Below are positions 62,271 to 64,000 of a stretch of DNA of 64,000 nt, piece after piece (the stretch's first letter is position 1; each line of letters begins with the position of its first letter). The notes under the pieces were generated by a model. That model did no database searches and was not told the origin of the DNA. It saw nothing but the letters and a program-made list of their open reading frames with translations. A program made the translations under genes and the position numbers. This DNA is from Tubulanus polymorphus (lineage: Eukaryota; Animalia; Nemertea). The DNA is taken from NCBI RefSeq assembly GCF_964204645.1, contig NC_134033.1:2004131-2068130 (forward strand), given 5' to 3'.

Positions 62271-62603
62271 TGACGATAAAAAAATGTCGGAATGGTAACG
62301 ACAGTCTGGAGGGGTACACAGTCCCGGTATAGAAGGCTGCTAATTGATATTATCGTCTATAAGCGGAGATTTTCTGGAATTGAACAGTTTGCCGGAGTGA
62401 ACCTCCGAGGGGGAGGAGAATTGTGAACAGAACTCCAAGCAGCCCGAGGCCGGAATTGATAAATTACAGAAATAAAACAGAAAGATTTGATACATCTACT
62501 ACACCTACTACATGTCTACAGACCCTGATTAAATTCGTACAAGAATAAATAATAACCTAATTAATATTCAACGTGTGCTAATTACATCGATCAAAAAGTG
62601 CTC

Positions 62604-63272
62604 GGGGCCACAGTCGCTCAAAGGTTGGTTGAACCAGCATGTCAATTTGATCATTTATCAGTTAACTCTTTTAGTGGTAATTAAAACCCGAAAGTGCTGG
62701 AGATAATTCAAAATTTCAAAAAATTTCACCCCAGTGCGTTGAATAACAGCATACCACAATAGTGTGTCTACACCGTGGTGCGGTGTATCATTAGTTACTA
62801 TTATTTCAATATGTTTGACAGGTGCTGACATTTTTTAATAGAGGTGAAAACTAATAACATCAATACACCACAATGCAGTGTATTAGCAAAGTCCATTATT
62901 GATTTATACACCGCACTGCGGTGTAGATGCACTGAAAGGGTTAAGCATCATCCAGTTTCATGAGTTAGGGTTAACTATGAGCTGAATATTCAATGAGTTA
63001 ACTATGATTCACATCCAAGTTAACTCTTAACTCACAACTGTGGAACTGGATACAGGGTAATACTGAAACCCTGCAGCCAATCCGCTAGTTTCACAGTTGT
63101 GAATTTAAATTTGAGTTAACACATGAACTGATTTCAGCCTAACCTCACAACTGTGGAACCAGATTCAGAGTAGCATTATTGATTTGTGAATAGTTAAATC
63201 AAAAATGCATCGTAACCTTGCAATTTCGATTCAACATATTATGCACTACCAACTTTTGAGCGACTGACCCCC
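62604..63272. mobile_element. Nested MITEs: Harbinger-like host containing a piggyBac-like MITE (62662-62944) and two small foldbacks
   Basis: Outer TIR CAGTCGCTCAAAGGTTGGT / ACCAACTTTTGAGCGACTG; inner element bounded by TTAA on both sides. Confidence 0.75.
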
Positions 63273-64000
63273 GGGCGACTATTTACATGAGCAAATTTGG
63301 CGATAATAATAATAATAATAATAATAAAACTAAATATCATTAAACAAAAACAGTGGTGAAAAATAGTAAATAAATTATTTTGTACAGTATCGATACAAGA
63401 TATGGAAAATTTGTGGCATTTTAAAGAAATTGAAATTCGATGACACTTACGAAGTTTATATTTGAATTCAAATCGATAACTAAAGTTATGACGACGATTA
63501 AATTTCGACAGTTAAGAAATTCAAATTCAAAATAGATGACAGTTAAGAAATTCAAATTCAAAATAGATGACAGTTAAGAAGTTTAGATTTGATATGACAG
63601 TTAAGAGTGCCTGGTGCTAGCTGTGCGAAATGTTGACCCAATACATTTCAGCACCAGCGAAACCTTTTCCGATCTGGAGGTTGACACTTTTACCTCGAAT
63701 TCAATTCAGATTCCGACTCAGCAATATTTGACTTCTAACAGAATTAAACTAATTAATCTTAACTATTTCGTACTCTGGATCCAGTTCCATAGTTTTGAGC
63801 CGAGATTTGGCTGTTCAATCAAAATAAGTTCCATTTTTCAACTAACAACAATTAAACCGTTCAAACTGTTTCTTGACTTTAATCTCAGCTCTAATCAACG
63901 AACACCTTCTAAAAACTAAGGTTTTATCTTCTTCATTACAAATCAAATTTTTTCAATGACTAAAATTAAACCACCAAATTCAATTACTAATAATTAGTTA

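Overview
Intron-rich, repeat-rich animal genomic DNA, probably a marine invertebrate (lophotrochozoan-like, inferred from gene content and composition; species not determinable). Manual splicing on GT-AG sites gives eight protein-coding genes. (1) A single-coding-exon 1138-aa protein with about 930 aa of repetitive N-terminus and a C-terminal CD20/MS4A-like four-TM domain. (2) LCMT1, 6 exons. (3) An AADAC/HSL-family alpha/beta-hydrolase, 7 exons, with Asp at the catalytic-Ser position and Ser at the catalytic-Asp position. (4) MED11, minus strand, 3 exons, poly-Q tail, head-to-head with (5) ACADVL, 19 exons. (6) An intronless rhodopsin-class GPCR nested on the same strand in ACADVL intron 15. 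(7) A 215-aa secreted Cys-containing protein of unknown family, 5 coding exons. (8) A second intronless GPCR. The rest is MITEs (piggyBac-, Harbinger-, pogo-, hAT-like), Helentron-like ends, L2, RTE and BEL/Pao fragments, and many minisatellites. Most short ORFs in the supplied track are repeat or antisense artefacts. Best leads: the Ser/Asp-swapped hydrolase triad, the giant MS4A-like protein, and the nested GPCR whose only nearby poly(A)-like hexamer overlaps the host splice acceptor. No database searches were run; family calls come from motif recognition.
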